Virus record (IMG/VR): IMGVR_UViG_2858553787_000001
Origin: an uncultured virus (IMG/VR IMGVR_UViG_2858553787_000001)
Taxonomy: Duplodnaviria > Heunggongvirae > Uroviricota > Caudoviricetes
DNA length: 64,000 nt
Reading direction: 5' to 3' (one strand)
Shown here: piece by piece, positions 1-9,536 of the stretch
How positions within the stretch are numbered: position 1 is the first letter of the stretch
Layout: each line of letters starts with the position of its first letter
Translations under genes and position numbers: made by a program
The notes under the pieces: generated by a model
Databases searched by the model: none
Seen by the model: only the letters and a program-made list of their open reading frames with translations
What the model was told of the DNA's origin: nothing

Positions 1-73
1 TGGGTTTCACCTGCCTTTTTATTCCATTATACATGTGCGAGAGAGGCATCGCAAGATGATGCGGAAATAAGGC

Positions 74-130
74 AAAAAAAGAAGCCCGCCTACGAACCAT
101 GTAAGATTTTACATAGTGCGTAAGCAGGCT
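74..130 (-). terminator. Intrinsic terminator after Rpn-like gene
   Basis: Stem 83-94/119-130 with inner stem, followed by a T7 run on minus strand. Confidence 0.6.
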
Positions 131-143
131 GTTTAGTGTGTTT

Positions 144-1112
144 TTATACTGCCTCTGCCGGAATTTGGTTCATTTTTTCTGTGAACTCTTCCACAGTCAT
201 GTGCAAATCCTGAGCCGCTTCCTCAATGGAAATCTTGCCCTTCTTATAATACTTCACTGTCGCTCTAAGTTCACCAATGTCAATGCCCTTGTCCTCTGCT
301 CCCTTAAGCAATTCTCGTTCTGCCTGGCACACATCAACCACCTCCGCTCCTTCTGGAATGTCAAATTTAGAATTTGTGCTTACCTTAATCACCTTTGCTG
401 CGCTAACATCGAGATGCTTCAAACGCTCCTCAGATTGCAGGTATTCATCTAACTTTTCGCCATCCTTAGAGAATTTGATAAATCTGAAGACCTCTCTCAG
501 CGTAGATTGGAACTTTCCCATCTCCTCTGGGGTCATTCGCGCTGGTTCAAGCAGGTTGATTTTATAATCTGGCACATAGGAAAGAATTTTCTCATCGGTT
601 GTAGCCATCATCTCTCTTAAAGACATCGGCCCATCCCACTCGCTATCACCGAAATGAATTACCAACGTGATCACCGGTGTTAATCTGTCTTCTTTATATA
701 TACCAGATAAAAACTCCTCTTTTGATTGTTTTCCCGGATGCTCTTTTTTGTGTTTCCTTGCAAGATCCGTTACCTGCCTTCCGTACTGAAGTACATCATA
801 CACAATGTTCTTCACCGGCATCGCATAGTTGATATCGGTCTGGTTCTCTACACCCAAAATCATATATGTTGCTTTATCGTTATACATGACCGTTGTAGAT
901 TTTAGTGCATCCCTGTATTTCTGTGCTGATTCGGTCTGCATTCCCTTTTTCTCATCGAAATAGTACGGTACTGCAAGTTCCGTTGAATCCATCTCAACAA
1001 GACTTTCTGGGTCAATAATAGCTTCGCCACCATACAGGAAGTAGTTAAATGCATCTGCAAATACGGTATTATCTCGTATATAGTCCTTTGTAACGCCATC
1101 TATCAAGCCCAT
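144..1112 (-). CDS. Rpn/YhgA-like PD-(D/E)XK family protein
   Basis: RD..K, LGVENQT..NYAMPV, L.PVITLV.HFG...WDGP.SL motifs; SD AGAAAGGCGG upstream of ATG 1112. Confidence 0.75.
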   Translation of the reverse strand: MGLIDGVTKDYIRDNTVFADAFNYFLYGGEAIIDPESLVEMDSTELAVPYYFDEKKGMQTESAQKYRDALKSTTVMYNDKATYMILGVENQTDINYAMPVKNIVYDVLQYGRQVTDLARKHKKEHPGKQSKEEFLSGIYKEDRLTPVITLVIHFGDSEWDGPMSLREMMATTDEKILSYVPDYKINLLEPARMTPEEMGKFQSTLREVFRFIKFSKDGEKLDEYLQSEERLKHLDVSAAKVIKVSTNSKFDIPEGAEVVDVCQAERELLKGAEDKGIDIGELRATVKYYKKGKISIEEAAQDLHMTVEEFTEKMNQIPAEAV

Positions 1113-1221
1113 CGGTCTCACCGCCTTTCTCGTAGGAGCATACACTGCTCCTATTCTATTTTCATGTTACCATAAAGCCGCCCGTTTATCAAGCGTTCTT
1201 CTGTGATCTTTCCGGCAATTT

Positions 1222-1611
1222 TTACCGCCTTTTCAGACACAGGTACGCATCTTCGATAAAACTCATAAGCTCCACACTGGCAGTCTCGGCCATGTGTTTT
1301 CCGTCCACAGTTTTCAGTCCCTCTACAACTCTACCTGCTACATCATCCCCGCGCTCCCTCATCTCCTGCGCAGCAAACGTCACCGCCTCGTCGATGAAAG
1401 CCGCGTACTTTGCACCATCAATAATGCTTTGCACTGGCACAGCTTCGCCGCTGTCAAGCCGGATCACCTTCGGCTCGTACACAGCAGCCACCTTTCTCAC
1501 TGCTTCTCTCGGTTCCATGTTCTGTAGGTACAGCTTCATAGCTCCTGCCACCACGATTTCCGCCGCTGTCGTTCCATATTCTTCTGCCTGCATCTCTGCT
1601 ATATTTTTCAT
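1222..1611 (-). CDS. Hypothetical protein
   Basis: 129-aa ORF with AGGGAG SD, protein-like composition. Confidence 0.6.
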   Translation of the reverse strand: MKNIAEMQAEEYGTTAAEIVVAGAMKLYLQNMEPREAVRKVAAVYEPKVIRLDSGEAVPVQSIIDGAKYAAFIDEAVTFAAQEMRERGDDVAGRVVEGLKTVDGKHMAETASVELMSFIEDAYLCLKRR

Positions 1612-1776
1612 TCTCGGTTCTCCCTTGCTATGTTTTCTGTTATGTTTTTTCTTCTGCTATGTGTATTTCTCGCCACCCACAACATATAACAGAACTCTGC
1701 ACATAGCAATCCCCACAGGTAAAAAAGACCAGACAGATAAAAAGACCAGACAAAAAACAATACTACCCCCACAAAC

Positions 1777-1823
1777 AAAAAAAGCCCTGCCAGATGCAGT
1801 CACAAAAGCCACATCCGACAGGG
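1777..1823 (-). terminator. Terminator after recombinase operon
   Basis: CCCTGTCGGATGTGG / CTGCATCTGGCAGGG stem then T7 on minus strand. Confidence 0.7.
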
Positions 1824-1840
1824 TACTCTTTCCTATTACA

Positions 1841-4141
1841 TCATACTGCTTCTTCTCTCTCACGCTTTGCTGCAGTCGTCAGATACCGCCTATACTGAAC
1901 GCTGAATCCATACACTTTGTAAGGGGCGTCAATAAAAACCACATTGCCGTTCAGGTCGCTCCGCTTATAGCCCATAAAGCTGGTGAGCGTCCTGCGGTTG
2001 CCTTTTGAGGTCAGTGTCACACCGAAGTTCGTCTTGTAAGTTGCCACATCCCCCTGCAAAACTCCGCTCTCGATAAAGGCGCAGTAAATGCCCTTTTCAA
2101 AGTGGAGCATATCCGGTGCTTCTGCGATTCGCTCCGGCGTCACCTTGAGCTTTCCTCTGGTGATGGCGTACTTCCGCCCTTCGATGGTGTTGCCATCGGC
2201 ATCTCGCATCAGGCTTCCCTGCACATCCAACCCATTAACTTTCAGCGGCATTCCGCTGGCATTGGCATCCGGCAGTTCTTTCAGGCAGGCGATGAAGTAT
2301 TCAAAGTTCTTTTTCATAATGGCTAGAACGCCCTGCTCCTGCTCGATAGTCTGCTGTTCCTGCCGGAGTGTCTGCAAGTGTTCCTGCAGGTCATTCACAA
2401 GTTCTGTATAAATCTGTGCTTCCGAGCCTTCCTCCGTTTCTGTCCCATAGAAGCTCACTCCAATACTGCCCGGTGTCAGTCCGCTTCGGATGTCCAAATC
2501 GATATCATCAATGGTCACCTCGCCGTTGGAAAGAGCTTCATTCAGTTCCGCACTCTGTTCCAGCGCGGCTTCCCGAAGTGCCGCCACCTGATGGCTGATA
2601 GCATCCTGCAAGCGTTCTTCCATCTCTTTAATTTGATTCTCCACCGTTGCCATCCTCTGCACCGAGATGCTGCTGTTGTTTGCCAGCCGGACGGCCTGCT
2701 CATAGGCATTATCGAACATGGTCACGATCATGGAAGCGTCACCGTGCTGTTCGTAATCCCGCTTCATGCTGTAGAGCAGTTCCATAAAGCTCTGCTCCAA
2801 TGCACACTCGTGATAAAGTTCTGATGGGCAACGCTTGTCCGCGGCTTCCTTTTCCTCATCCGACATACAGCCTTTCTTGCTTCGGCTGTACATTTTCTGA
2901 TCGGGAGTGCCATTTTTCGGCGGCTCACCGTCCCGTTCTCCGACTTTCCGCTTGCACCGCCAGACTGGGTAGGAATAAGTATACTTTTCCAGATACTCTC
3001 CGGTATCATCCCCGGTTGCTTTAAGGCTCCGCTCATCGGTATAACCGTTTGCCACACCCGTGTAGGTCACTCGGAAGAATCCCTCACTGCAGGGCTTTCC
3101 TGCATCCGGTCCATTCTCCAGAATCGCACCGCAGCGCAGATTCCCAAAAGGAGAACCCTTGATCGTCTTTATTTTCTTCCTGCCTGGACCTTTGGTCATG
3201 TCCGTCCTAGGCTTCTCGAACAGCATCGTCTGTACCTTATCCCACGTCACGCGGTCAATGATACCGACATGATGGTTCTTTACATAGTAACGGGGTGCTT
3301 CACCCTTGTTGATACTGGAACGGTGGGTCAGGAAGTCTTTGGTGATGGTCTTCTGCATCTCAAGGTCGCCCACATATTTCTCATTCCGCAGTACAATCAT
3401 AATCGTGCTTGCACTCCACTTCTTTCCATTGACCGTAAACTTCTCCATCTGATTCAGTTCCCGTGCGATTTTATTCGCCGTTTGCCCTTTCACAAAGCGG
3501 TCGAAAATGTACCGGACGATCTCTGCCTGCTCCGGCACAATAACCCACTGCTGGTTAGGTCCCAGTTCATACCCCAACATCCGTTTCAAATTGATATGCG
3601 GGATGCCTGCCTGGAAATTCTTCTGAATACTCCAACGGATGTTGTCCGAAATGGAACGGCTCTCATCCTGTGCCAGGGCAGAAAGAATTGTCAGGATAAG
3701 CTCACCTTTGGCATCCAGCGTGTCGATGTTCTCCTTCTCGAAATAGATACCCACAGGCGGCTTCAGCTGTCGAAGCTCACGGGTACAGGTCAGGGAATCA
3801 ATGGTGTTTCGGGCGAATCGGGAAATGGACTTCGTAACAATGTAGTCCAGCTTGCCATCCATCGCATCCTTCATCATGCGGTTGAATTCCTCACGATGCT
3901 CTCGGTTGGTACCAGACTTTGCCTCATCCGCATAAATGCCTGCAAAAATCCAACCAGGCTTCCGAGTAATGAGGTCTTTATAAAATGCCTTCTGGGTCGT
4001 GTAAGAAGTCTGCTGGCTTTCATCTCCCGTGGAAACACGGCAGTAGGCCGCCACACGGATGTTGGTCTGGCTTTTCAACTGCCCACCGTTCTGCACCGAC
4101 CGCACACTGGCCGGAATCACATCCACTTTTTGTCTTGTCAT
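1841..4141 (-). CDS. Large serine recombinase
   Basis: AAYCRVST catalytic motif, TKSISRFARN, AQDESRSIS, recombinase domain (L.NEKYVG), Cys-rich zinc ribbon, coiled coil. Confidence 0.95.
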   Translation of the reverse strand: MTRQKVDVIPASVRSVQNGGQLKSQTNIRVAAYCRVSTGDESQQTSYTTQKAFYKDLITRKPGWIFAGIYADEAKSGTNREHREEFNRMMKDAMDGKLDYIVTKSISRFARNTIDSLTCTRELRQLKPPVGIYFEKENIDTLDAKGELILTILSALAQDESRSISDNIRWSIQKNFQAGIPHINLKRMLGYELGPNQQWVIVPEQAEIVRYIFDRFVKGQTANKIARELNQMEKFTVNGKKWSASTIMIVLRNEKYVGDLEMQKTITKDFLTHRSSINKGEAPRYYVKNHHVGIIDRVTWDKVQTMLFEKPRTDMTKGPGRKKIKTIKGSPFGNLRCGAILENGPDAGKPCSEGFFRVTYTGVANGYTDERSLKATGDDTGEYLEKYTYSYPVWRCKRKVGERDGEPPKNGTPDQKMYSRSKKGCMSDEEKEAADKRCPSELYHECALEQSFMELLYSMKRDYEQHGDASMIVTMFDNAYEQAVRLANNSSISVQRMATVENQIKEMEERLQDAISHQVAALREAALEQSAELNEALSNGEVTIDDIDLDIRSGLTPGSIGVSFYGTETEEGSEAQIYTELVNDLQEHLQTLRQEQQTIEQEQGVLAIMKKNFEYFIACLKELPDANASGMPLKVNGLDVQGSLMRDADGNTIEGRKYAITRGKLKVTPERIAEAPDMLHFEKGIYCAFIESGVLQGDVATYKTNFGVTLTSKGNRRTLTSFMGYKRSDLNGNVVFIDAPYKVYGFSVQYRRYLTTAAKREREEAV

Positions 4142-4177
4142 AATCTTACCCCTTTCTGCCAGTCTTATGACTGGCTC

Positions 4178-6538
4178 TTATTTTTTCACATACCGTTTCC
4201 GCTGGCTGCCATCTCGCATGGTATGACCGTCGTAGTAGCTGGCGGTATTGCGGTAATCTTCAATATTGGAATCCATCTGTACCTCGGTCTTGGTGTCGTC
4301 GAACCAGTGGACCGTAAACTTCAACGGCGAATGGATGGTGATAGAAAGGATGAACGCCTTGCAGTGTTCTTCGGTCACTTCATTTAAGAAATCCACCGTA
4401 CCATCCCGACCCGCCGGGAGATTCTTCATCCACTCAATTGCTTTCTCCCTGCGTTCATAGTCACTCTCCAGTTCTTCCCAGTAGTTTTCCATGTAGTCGA
4501 GCTGTTCAGTTAGCTTCTGCTCCGTGTCCGTGTCTTTCTGAACATCCTGCTCCAGCTTCCCAATGAGCTTTTTCTTTTCCTCAATAGACGCGGGATCAAT
4601 CATCTCATCTCCGAGAATTTCCAAACGGGTCTGCATCACATCCACCTGACTCTTCAGAAGCCGAATCTTTTTATTGGCACTTTCCATGCTGGCGTGGACA
4701 GCGGCAATCTGTTTCTTATAAAAAGCACGGTCACGTTCCATGAAGTCCAGCTTCTGGATGCTTTCCAATCTCGCAATCATCTGGCTCACAAAGGAATCCG
4801 CTTCCGGCGTGAAATTGTCATACTGCTCTTTGAAGCGGCCGCTCATGATATCTGCCACAGCCACATTGTCGTGGATGGGCTTTATGGTCAGCCGGAATCT
4901 CTCCAGAATCGCCTTGCGGAATGCGCGGACAACCTGTTCCTCGTACACTTTTTCCGCATGGCAGATGCACTTTCCTGTGGTCTGGCTGCTCGTAGGACAT
5001 CTCCAAATCGGATTGTTGTTCGCATTCGTCACATGGAAGAACCGACCGCATTCCCCACAGATGAGCCTTTGGGAAAACGCTCTCGGCTTCTTGGGAAATC
5101 TTGTCCTGTTATACAGTTCGCTGTTTATCTTTACGACCTCCTGCGCTTTCTGAAACAATTCCTCATCAATGATTGCCGGATGATGGTTCCGGACAAAATA
5201 CTGTGGGACTTCCCCTTTGTTATCCCGAACTTCATGGGTCAGGTAATCCGGAGTAAACTTCTTTTGGATGAGGACTGCTCCCATGTACCGCTCGGCACGG
5301 ACGATTCTTGTAATATGCCCTCCCGTCCATCCATCCTGTAAGTCACTGTTGAGCTGTCCTTTCTTGGAATTGCGCTTTCTGGCCCTCACCGCATCTGTTT
5401 CCGGAGCAGGAATCTTATCCAGATTCAGTCCTCTTGCGATTTCCGTATAGGCTTTGCCTTCCACGACTTCATTGAAAATGCGCCGGACGACCTTAGCTTC
5501 TTCCTCCACAATCTCGATGTCCTTATATTCATATCCACTCTCGGAGGTGACCTTCTTCCCGTTGTAGCGGTATCCATACATGATCTTGTTTGGAACTTCC
5601 CCTTTCGGGAATCGCATCTTCTGACCCAGCCGGATATTACCGGAAATGCTGCGGCTTTCTTCCTGCGCAATAGCGGCCAGTGTCGTAAGAATGAAGTCGC
5701 TGGTCGGGTCTGCCGTATCCAGATTTTCTTTCTCAAACAGAATCGTCACTCCGCAGTCATGCAGGGTATCCAGTGCACTCATGAAGTCGGCCGTGTTTCG
5801 AGCAAATCGAGAAATGGACTTACAAACAATGCGGTCGATTTTCCCGTCTTTACAATGACGCATCAGTCTGCGGAATCCGGTTCTCTTTTCCTTGGAAGTA
5901 CCAGAGATGCCATAATCGGAATACACACCAACCGCATTCCATTCTGGATTGCTTTCAATCAGCTGGTTAAAATATTTTTCCTGCGTTTCGTAGGAGTTTT
6001 CCTGATCACTCATGTCCGTAGAGACGCGGATGTAAGCCGCCACATTCAGGGTTCCCACTTTCTTTTTCGTAGCGCGGAATGCCGCCGTCGAAATAAATTT
6101 GTTCTCCTGTGGTTCTTCCGGTATGAAGAGTCTTGAAAACTCGCTCTCCCTGCTGGCCTGCAGTCGCTCTGCAATGTCTGGCTCTTCCATGACCTTTTTA
6201 GCATCCAGAGCTTTCTGGATAAGTGCTGTAATACCAGCATCCACGATGTCTTTTGATTTTGAGGTCGATTGTTTTTTATCTGATACGCTTTTCGGCTTTT
6301 GTTGAGTAGACTTGCCTTGATGCGTGTCAGTTGGTGGTAAAAAAGAAGCTGTGACGACATCCGCACTTTGACGAACATCTGCCACAGCTTCTGTAGGTTT
6401 CTTCTGCCTGAGAGCGGCTTCCAGTAAAGCCGATACATCCACAGCGGATGCATTCACTCTCTTTTGCTGTTTCTGCTGCACTGTATTCTTCACAGTCGCT
6501 TTCTGCAAATTTGCAAGGAAATCCGTACCAGCACTCAT
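4178..6538 (-). CDS. Large serine recombinase with ~160-aa N-terminal extension
   Basis: AAYIRVST, KSISRFARN, AQEESRSIS, CGECG zinc ribbon. Confidence 0.95.
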   Translation of the reverse strand: MSAGTDFLANLQKATVKNTVQQKQQKRVNASAVDVSALLEAALRQKKPTEAVADVRQSADVVTASFLPPTDTHQGKSTQQKPKSVSDKKQSTSKSKDIVDAGITALIQKALDAKKVMEEPDIAERLQASRESEFSRLFIPEEPQENKFISTAAFRATKKKVGTLNVAAYIRVSTDMSDQENSYETQEKYFNQLIESNPEWNAVGVYSDYGISGTSKEKRTGFRRLMRHCKDGKIDRIVCKSISRFARNTADFMSALDTLHDCGVTILFEKENLDTADPTSDFILTTLAAIAQEESRSISGNIRLGQKMRFPKGEVPNKIMYGYRYNGKKVTSESGYEYKDIEIVEEEAKVVRRIFNEVVEGKAYTEIARGLNLDKIPAPETDAVRARKRNSKKGQLNSDLQDGWTGGHITRIVRAERYMGAVLIQKKFTPDYLTHEVRDNKGEVPQYFVRNHHPAIIDEELFQKAQEVVKINSELYNRTRFPKKPRAFSQRLICGECGRFFHVTNANNNPIWRCPTSSQTTGKCICHAEKVYEEQVVRAFRKAILERFRLTIKPIHDNVAVADIMSGRFKEQYDNFTPEADSFVSQMIARLESIQKLDFMERDRAFYKKQIAAVHASMESANKKIRLLKSQVDVMQTRLEILGDEMIDPASIEEKKKLIGKLEQDVQKDTDTEQKLTEQLDYMENYWEELESDYERREKAIEWMKNLPAGRDGTVDFLNEVTEEHCKAFILSITIHSPLKFTVHWFDDTKTEVQMDSNIEDYRNTASYYDGHTMRDGSQRKRYVKK

Positions 6539-6584
6539 AGTTTTCGCTCCTTTCCTGCCCTTTTTCTTCTCTTTGGGCAGTCAC

Positions 6585-6613
6585 ATATTCCCTCTGTTTC
6601 GTGATATTATCAA
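6585..6613 (-). promoter_or_regulatory. Putative promoter of recombinase operon
   Basis: TTGATA-17bp-GAATAT, same type as repeated promoters at 35-43 kb. Confidence 0.55.
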
Positions 6614-6707
6614 GTAATTTCGGCGCAGAAAGACGGAGAATAATCTGGTGGATTATTGTCTTATCTGCACCATATGTACGCCCCGCCCAAGGAGGACGGG
6701 GACTGCT

Positions 6708-8171
6708 TTAGATACGGGTGCAATAATCAAGTGCGACCCAGCCTGCGCCGGATTTCAGCTTGCCCCAACCTTTCGTGGAACCAGCACCAGCGGATTCTGC
6801 CACGATGGTGAACACGCCCTTGCCGGTGTAATAACCGGTCTTCGCATAGTTCGTACCCGGACCTTTGCGGATATTAAGGTCGTTGATGGACACACGGACT
6901 GCATACGGCACAGAAGACTTCTGCTCCGGATAGACTGCCTTGCCATCAGGGTCGAACACAAAGTAGCCCGGATTCTGATCCGCACACTGCTTTGCATAGG
7001 CAAGGTCGCGGAATGCACCTTTCTGGGAAGCCGCACTCTGCCAGCTCTTACGCACACGGTACCAGCCGGAAATCGTAGTGCTGGAAGCGGCGGCATTGTA
7101 CTGTGTCAGATTCCAACGCTCGATGATATTGCAGAGGTTCTGCACATAGGTGTGACTGGTCGCATACCCGCCATCCTTGATGATCTGAGCAGCCTTCTTG
7201 TAATCGGTGCAGCCAGCCAGACCTTCGTAGCGTTTCTTGTTGCCGTTCATCGCACCAAGCAGATACGCCGCATGGTCGGCAATGGAGTCCTCCACACAAG
7301 CGTACTTGCGGAAGTCAGCGGTAATCGTAACCATCGAGCCATCCGCATTCTGCTCCTGCGTTTTCTTGGTGTAGACGGACTTGCCGTCCCAACTGCTGCC
7401 GCTCCAGCTGTTCCCGGACAGCGAGGTCTTCATGCCAAAGCAGTTGTTGGCATTCTGCGCCAATTCGCTCTTACCGTATCCGGACTCCAGAATGAACTGC
7501 GCCATCGACACACAGGCAAGGATGCCACTGGTTTTCTGGTTCGCAGTAAACAGCGGACCAATCTTTGCAACTGCTTCTGCTTCGGTGAGATTCTTCAGCG
7601 AAGTCGCCTGCATACCGGATGAGGATGAACCGCCCAGTGCGGCAGTTACTTTTGCGGCCAGATCACCCAGACGGGCATACAGCCAGTCTCCTGGACACGA
7701 CTTAACGGCAAACCAGCGGTGAACGGTCAGTACCATCTCATCCGCTGCCGGGGTGTAATTGAGCGTTTTGTTCTTATCCCCAAGCCAGAGGAGCTTCTTC
7801 TTACCATTACGCTGACAGATGTCGGTACAGAGTTTGATAAGCGAGTTATATACCGCACTGTTCATGGCATACGGCTCATTCATGTCGCTGGCACATTCGA
7901 TGGTGACAGCCCTCTGGTCATTGGCATTGCTGGACGAACACCAGCTGCGGTTCTTTTCCTCGACACAAAGCGACACACGACCGTCCGTACCAATGCCGTA
8001 GTTGCAGCTTGCCTGACGGCTTGTGCTGGTGAAGCATCCGCAGATGCTCTCCGCAGAAAGCTGGCCGACCACACAATGCGGTGTGATACGGTCGATGCTG
8101 TGTGTCCTCTGCCCGGAATGGTTCGGGGAGAGCTTGGTGTAAACAACGAGTGGACTATTGGTATATCCCAT
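6708..8171 (-). CDS. Endolysin: amidase + glucosaminidase + cell-wall-binding domains
   Basis: ITPHCVVG/TIEC/VHRWF..K.CPG amidase; AQFILESGYG..NNCFGMK..GYAT glucosaminidase; LNIRKGPGT SH3b-like end. Confidence 0.92.
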   Translation of the reverse strand: MGYTNSPLVVYTKLSPNHSGQRTHSIDRITPHCVVGQLSAESICGCFTSTSRQASCNYGIGTDGRVSLCVEEKNRSWCSSSNANDQRAVTIECASDMNEPYAMNSAVYNSLIKLCTDICQRNGKKKLLWLGDKNKTLNYTPAADEMVLTVHRWFAVKSCPGDWLYARLGDLAAKVTAALGGSSSSGMQATSLKNLTEAEAVAKIGPLFTANQKTSGILACVSMAQFILESGYGKSELAQNANNCFGMKTSLSGNSWSGSSWDGKSVYTKKTQEQNADGSMVTITADFRKYACVEDSIADHAAYLLGAMNGNKKRYEGLAGCTDYKKAAQIIKDGGYATSHTYVQNLCNIIERWNLTQYNAAASSTTISGWYRVRKSWQSAASQKGAFRDLAYAKQCADQNPGYFVFDPDGKAVYPEQKSSVPYAVRVSINDLNIRKGPGTNYAKTGYYTGKGVFTIVAESAGAGSTKGWGKLKSGAGWVALDYCTRI

Positions 8172-8241
8172 AATGATTTCCTCCTTCTAAAAAAATCGAG
8201 ACCCAGATCACTCTGAACCTCGTGCTGTGGTTATTCTGTTG

Positions 8242-8940
8242 TTACGGGATCAGCAGTTTCATGCCGACCCGGATGGCGTTGGAAGTCAGGCCATTCATCA
8301 CACGGATATCTGCGCAGCGGCTGCCGCTCCCCAGTTCCTTATCCGCGATCTTCCAGAGATTATCACCGGGAACAACGGTATAGATCCTGCCTGCTGTGAA
8401 CGCATAGGTGTCCGCACTGTTCAGGACATAAGCCACACCGGCCTCTGCTTCGGCACACTTGATCTTCAGCCAGCCATCACAGAACTGCACCACTTCCACA
8501 AGGGCGTTCTTCTTATAGACCGCTACGACCTCCGCCTCCAGACTCGGCTTCTTGCGGATGTTCATGAGGGTCTTGAGCTTGCCATAGGCAATGGTCGCCG
8601 GAAGCTCCTCCGCAGTCGGGAACTCGTTCTCATCCACTTCAGCTTCTTTCTCCGCCGGGGTATCTTCCACAGGGGCTGTGGTTTCCGGCTTTTCTTCCGG
8701 GATATCATCCACGACTGCTTTCTCTTCACTCTCATCTGCGCCAGTATCCGGTACAGCCTCTTCCGGATAGATCACGTTACCGTCATTGTCGAACACACGG
8801 CTGCCGGGGTTCTCATCACACTTGGCTTTTGCATTCGCAAGCAGACGGTATGCGCCAAACTGGGATGCCTCATCTTCCCAGACTTCTCGCACACGGTAAT
8901 AACCGGTCGTCAGTTTTGCGGGATACTCTTTCTTACTCAT
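8242..8940 (-). CDS. Non-catalytic cell-wall-binding protein (SH3b-like + LysM)
   Basis: MNIRKKPS SH3b-like; YTVVPGDNLWKIA...IRVGMKLLIP LysM. Confidence 0.85.
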   Translation of the reverse strand: MSKKEYPAKLTTGYYRVREVWEDEASQFGAYRLLANAKAKCDENPGSRVFDNDGNVIYPEEAVPDTGADESEEKAVVDDIPEEKPETTAPVEDTPAEKEAEVDENEFPTAEELPATIAYGKLKTLMNIRKKPSLEAEVVAVYKKNALVEVVQFCDGWLKIKCAEAEAGVAYVLNSADTYAFTAGRIYTVVPGDNLWKIADKELGSGSRCADIRVMNGLTSNAIRVGMKLLIP

Positions 8941-8993
8941 GGTTCATTCCTCCTAAAATTTGAGGGAGAGGCTGTTACACCTCTCCCCATTGA

Positions 8994-9407
8994 TCAATCG
9001 TCCTTATTCTCTTTTTCTGCCTTCAGCTGTGCCAGCATCTCCTTGAGCTTCTCCGGCACCGGAAGACTGATAACGGCTGCGTTTTCGAGGCAGCTCAGGC
9101 CTTCATTCGCCAAATAGAAAAACACCACCGCTGTACGGATGGCGGCTCCATTCTGGAGGATCTGTGTGTCAATGATGTTGGCGATCCCAACCAGCACAAA
9201 GATGCACACCTTCTTGGCGATGCCCTTAAAACCAACTTCAGAAGAAAGTTCATGCTTGATGGCTGCTGCCAGCACCCCGGTGAAGTAGTCACAGACCACG
9301 AACACCACCAGTGCATACAGGAAGCCGTCAAACCCGCCAAAGAACCAGCCCAGGAAACCACCCAGACCTGCGAACATCCATTCAATCTTGTCGATCACAT
9401 TCTGCAT
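8994..9407 (-). CDS. Holin (phage holin 4 / toxin-secretion type)
   Basis: DYFTG..A...LSS..G.KG..KK, FY.ANEG.S.LEN motifs; TM segments; next to endolysin. Confidence 0.92.
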   Translation of the reverse strand: MQNVIDKIEWMFAGLGGFLGWFFGGFDGFLYALVVFVVCDYFTGVLAAAIKHELSSEVGFKGIAKKVCIFVLVGIANIIDTQILQNGAAIRTAVVFFYLANEGLSCLENAAVISLPVPEKLKEMLAQLKAEKENKDD

Positions 9408-9536
9408 AATCTTGTCCTTTCCTGCCCAATCCGGGCATAAAAATAGACGGTCGATGCCGCCTTGTGTATACTCCTTCTATAATGAACACCGTTTCACAGG
9501 CATTTGGGAGGTATGTCTGTCAGGGACGGTGGAAAT

